Shown here piece after piece: positions 61,701-64,000 of a DNA stretch of 64,000 bases. The notes beneath the pieces are model-generated. The model ran no database searches. It was not told the DNA's origin and was given only the letters and a program-made list of their open reading frames with translations. The translations under genes and the position numbers were made by a program. The stretch covers positions 259,966,001-260,030,000 of the forward strand of contig OZ024743.1 of assembly GCA_964016885.1 (NCBI GenBank). Direction: 5' to 3'. This DNA is from Eledone cirrhosa. Its lineage: Eukaryota. The first letter of the stretch is position 1. Every line of letters begins with the position of its first letter.

Positions 61701-64000
61701 ATCATCAGCACTAACAGCAACAACAGTAACACCAACATTACCAACACGATCATCAGCAATAACATCAGTAACACCAACATTACCAACACGATCATCAGCA
61801 CTAACAACAACACCAGTAACACCAACATTACCAACACGATCATCAGCACTAACAACAACAACAGTAACACCAACATTACCAACACGATCATCAGCACTAA
61901 CATCAGTAACACCAACGTTACCAACACCATCATCAGCACTAACAACAACAACAGTAACACCAACATTACCAACACGATCATCAGAACTAACAACAACATC
62001 AGTAACACCAACATTACCAACACGATCATCAGCACTAACAACAACACCAGTAACACCAACATTACCAACACGATCATCAGCACTAACACCAGTAACACCA
62101 AAATTACCAACACGATCATCAGCACTAACAACAACACCAGTAACACCAACATTACCAACACGATCATCAGCACTAACAACAACAACAGTAACACCAACAT
62201 TACCAACACGATCATCAGCACTAACAACAACAACAGTAACACCAACACCAGTAACACCAACATTACCAACACGATCATCAGCACTAACAACAACAACAGT
62301 AACACCAACATTACCAACACGATCATCAGCACTAACATCAGTAACACCAACATTACCAACACCTTCGTCAGCACTAACAACAACAACAGTAACACCAACA
62401 TTACCAACACGATCATCAGAACTAACAACAACATCAGTAACACCAACATTACCAACACCATCATCAGCACTACCAACAACACCAGTAACACCAACATTAC
62501 CAACACGATCATCAGCACTAACAACAACACCAGTAACACCAACATTACCAACACGATCATCAGCACTAACAACAACACCAGTAACACCAACATTACCAAC
62601 ACGATCATCAGCACTAACAACAACAACAGTAACACCAACATTACCAACACGATCATCAGCACTAACAACAACACCAGTAACACCAACATTACCAACACGA
62701 TCATCAGCACTAACAATAACACCAGTAACACCAACATTACCAACACGATCATCAGCACTAACAACAACAACAGTAACACCAACATTACCAACACGATCAT
62801 CAGCACTAATATCAGTAACACCAACATTACCAACACCATCATCAGCACTAACAACAACAACAGTAACACCAACATTACCAACACGATCATCAGCACTAAC
62901 ATCAGTAACACCAACATTACCAACACGATCATCAGCACTAACTACAACACCAGTAACACCAACATTACCAACACGATCATCAGCACTAACAACAACAACA
63001 GTAACACCAACATTACCAGCACGATCATCAGCACTAACAACAACAACAGTAACACCAACATTACCAACACGATCATCAGCACTAACAACAACAACAGTAA
63101 CACCAACATTACCAACACGAACATCAGCACTAACAACAACACCAGTAACACCAACATTACCAACACGATCATCAGCACTAACAACAACACCAGTAACACC
63201 AACATTACCAACACGATCATCAGCACTAACAACAACAACAGTAACACCAACATTACCAACACGATCATCAGCACTAACAACAACAACAGTAACACCAACA
63301 TTACCAACACGATCATCAACACTAACAACAACAACAACAGTAACACCAACATTACCAACACGATCATCAGCACTAACATCAGTAACAACAACATTACCAA
63401 CACGATCATCAGCACTAGCAACAACAACAGTAACACCAACATTACCAACACGATCATCAGCACTAACATCAGTAACACCAACATTACCAACACGATCATC
63501 AGCACTAACAACAACACCAGTAACACAACATTACCAACACGATCAACAGCACTAACAACAACACCAGTAACACCAACATTACCAACACGGTCATCAGCAC
63601 TAACAACAACACCAGTAACACAACATTACCAACACGATCAACAGCACTAACAACAACACCAGTAACACCAACATTACCAACACGATCATCAGCACTAACA
63701 ACAACACCAGTAACACCAACATTACCAACACGATCATCAGCAGTAACAACAACAACAGTAACACCAACATTACCAACACCATCATCAGCACTAACAACAA
63801 CACCAGTAACACCAACATTTCCAACACAATCATCAGCACTAACAACACCAGTAACACCAACATTACCAACACCATCATCAGCACTAACAACAACACCAGT
63901 AACACCAACATTTCCAACACGATCATCAGCACTAACAACAACAACAGTAACACCAACATTACCAACATGATCATCAGCACTAACAACAACACCATTAACA
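7745..64000. repeat. Giant 48-bp tandem satellite/minisatellite array (>56 kb, runs off the window end)
   Basis: Consensus CATTACCAACACGATCATCAGCACTAACAACAAC(A/C)CAGTAACACCAA repeats head-to-tail with no foreign insertion or inversion seen. Length variants of 42/45/48/51 bp (AAC slippage) and 47 bp occur. The P-type consensus has 22 A, 17 C, 6 T and 3 G. The first unit (~7745-7790) is degenerate. Confidence 0.98.

Noticed and set aside
10539-63650. Intact mucin or Asn/Thr-rich giant protein gene
   Set aside because: Start ATGs are sporadic repeat mutations. There is no signal peptide or cysteine-rich domain, and stops and frameshifts are copied along with duplicated blocks.
7729-63995. Minus-strand poly-L/V/M 'membrane protein' ORFs and (GNVGVTVVVVSADDRV)n ORFs
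   Set aside because: Consequence of the invariant T every third base on the minus strand (NTN and NNT codons cannot be stops). No non-repetitive domains.
7745-64000. CRISPR array
   Set aside because: No unique spacers: units are contiguous and near-identical. No cas genes, and the context is eukaryotic.
7745-64000. Telomeric or telomere-substitute repeat
   Set aside because: No TTAGGG/TTAGG. The G/T-rich strand runs toward the unique flank, opposite to what a chromosome end on the right would need.

Overview
Eukaryotic, repeat-dominated DNA with no supportable intact protein-coding gene. The microsatellite load and a short SINE-like fragment suggest an invertebrate, possibly a cephalopod (inference). 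About 1-4.8 kb is a patchwork of decayed mobile DNA: a SINE-like stub, a possible solo LTR, a degenerate Penelope-type minimal hammerhead motif, a clear RTE-clade LINE 3' end with its (TAA)n tail, and two small tandem arrays (~66 bp and 20 bp). About 4.9-7.7 kb is a run of same-polarity trinucleotide microsatellite domains. From ~7,745 to the window end (>56 kb, roughly 1,150-1,200 units by length division) lies one tandem array of a 48-bp unit, ACA CCA ACA TTA CCA ACA CGA TCA TCA GCA CTA ACA ACA ACA CCA GTA. Every third base of the unit is A, which mechanically explains the huge ORFs in the track. Recurrent, co-duplicated stops and 1-bp deletions argue for a non-coding satellite rather than a mucin exon. 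Diagnostic variants reveal nested higher-order duplications from 93 bp to ~3.8 kb. I see no evidence of a new gene system. The best leads are the apparent birth of a macro-scale satellite from microsatellites, its readable duplication history, and the hammerhead relic. All alignments and counts were done by eye.
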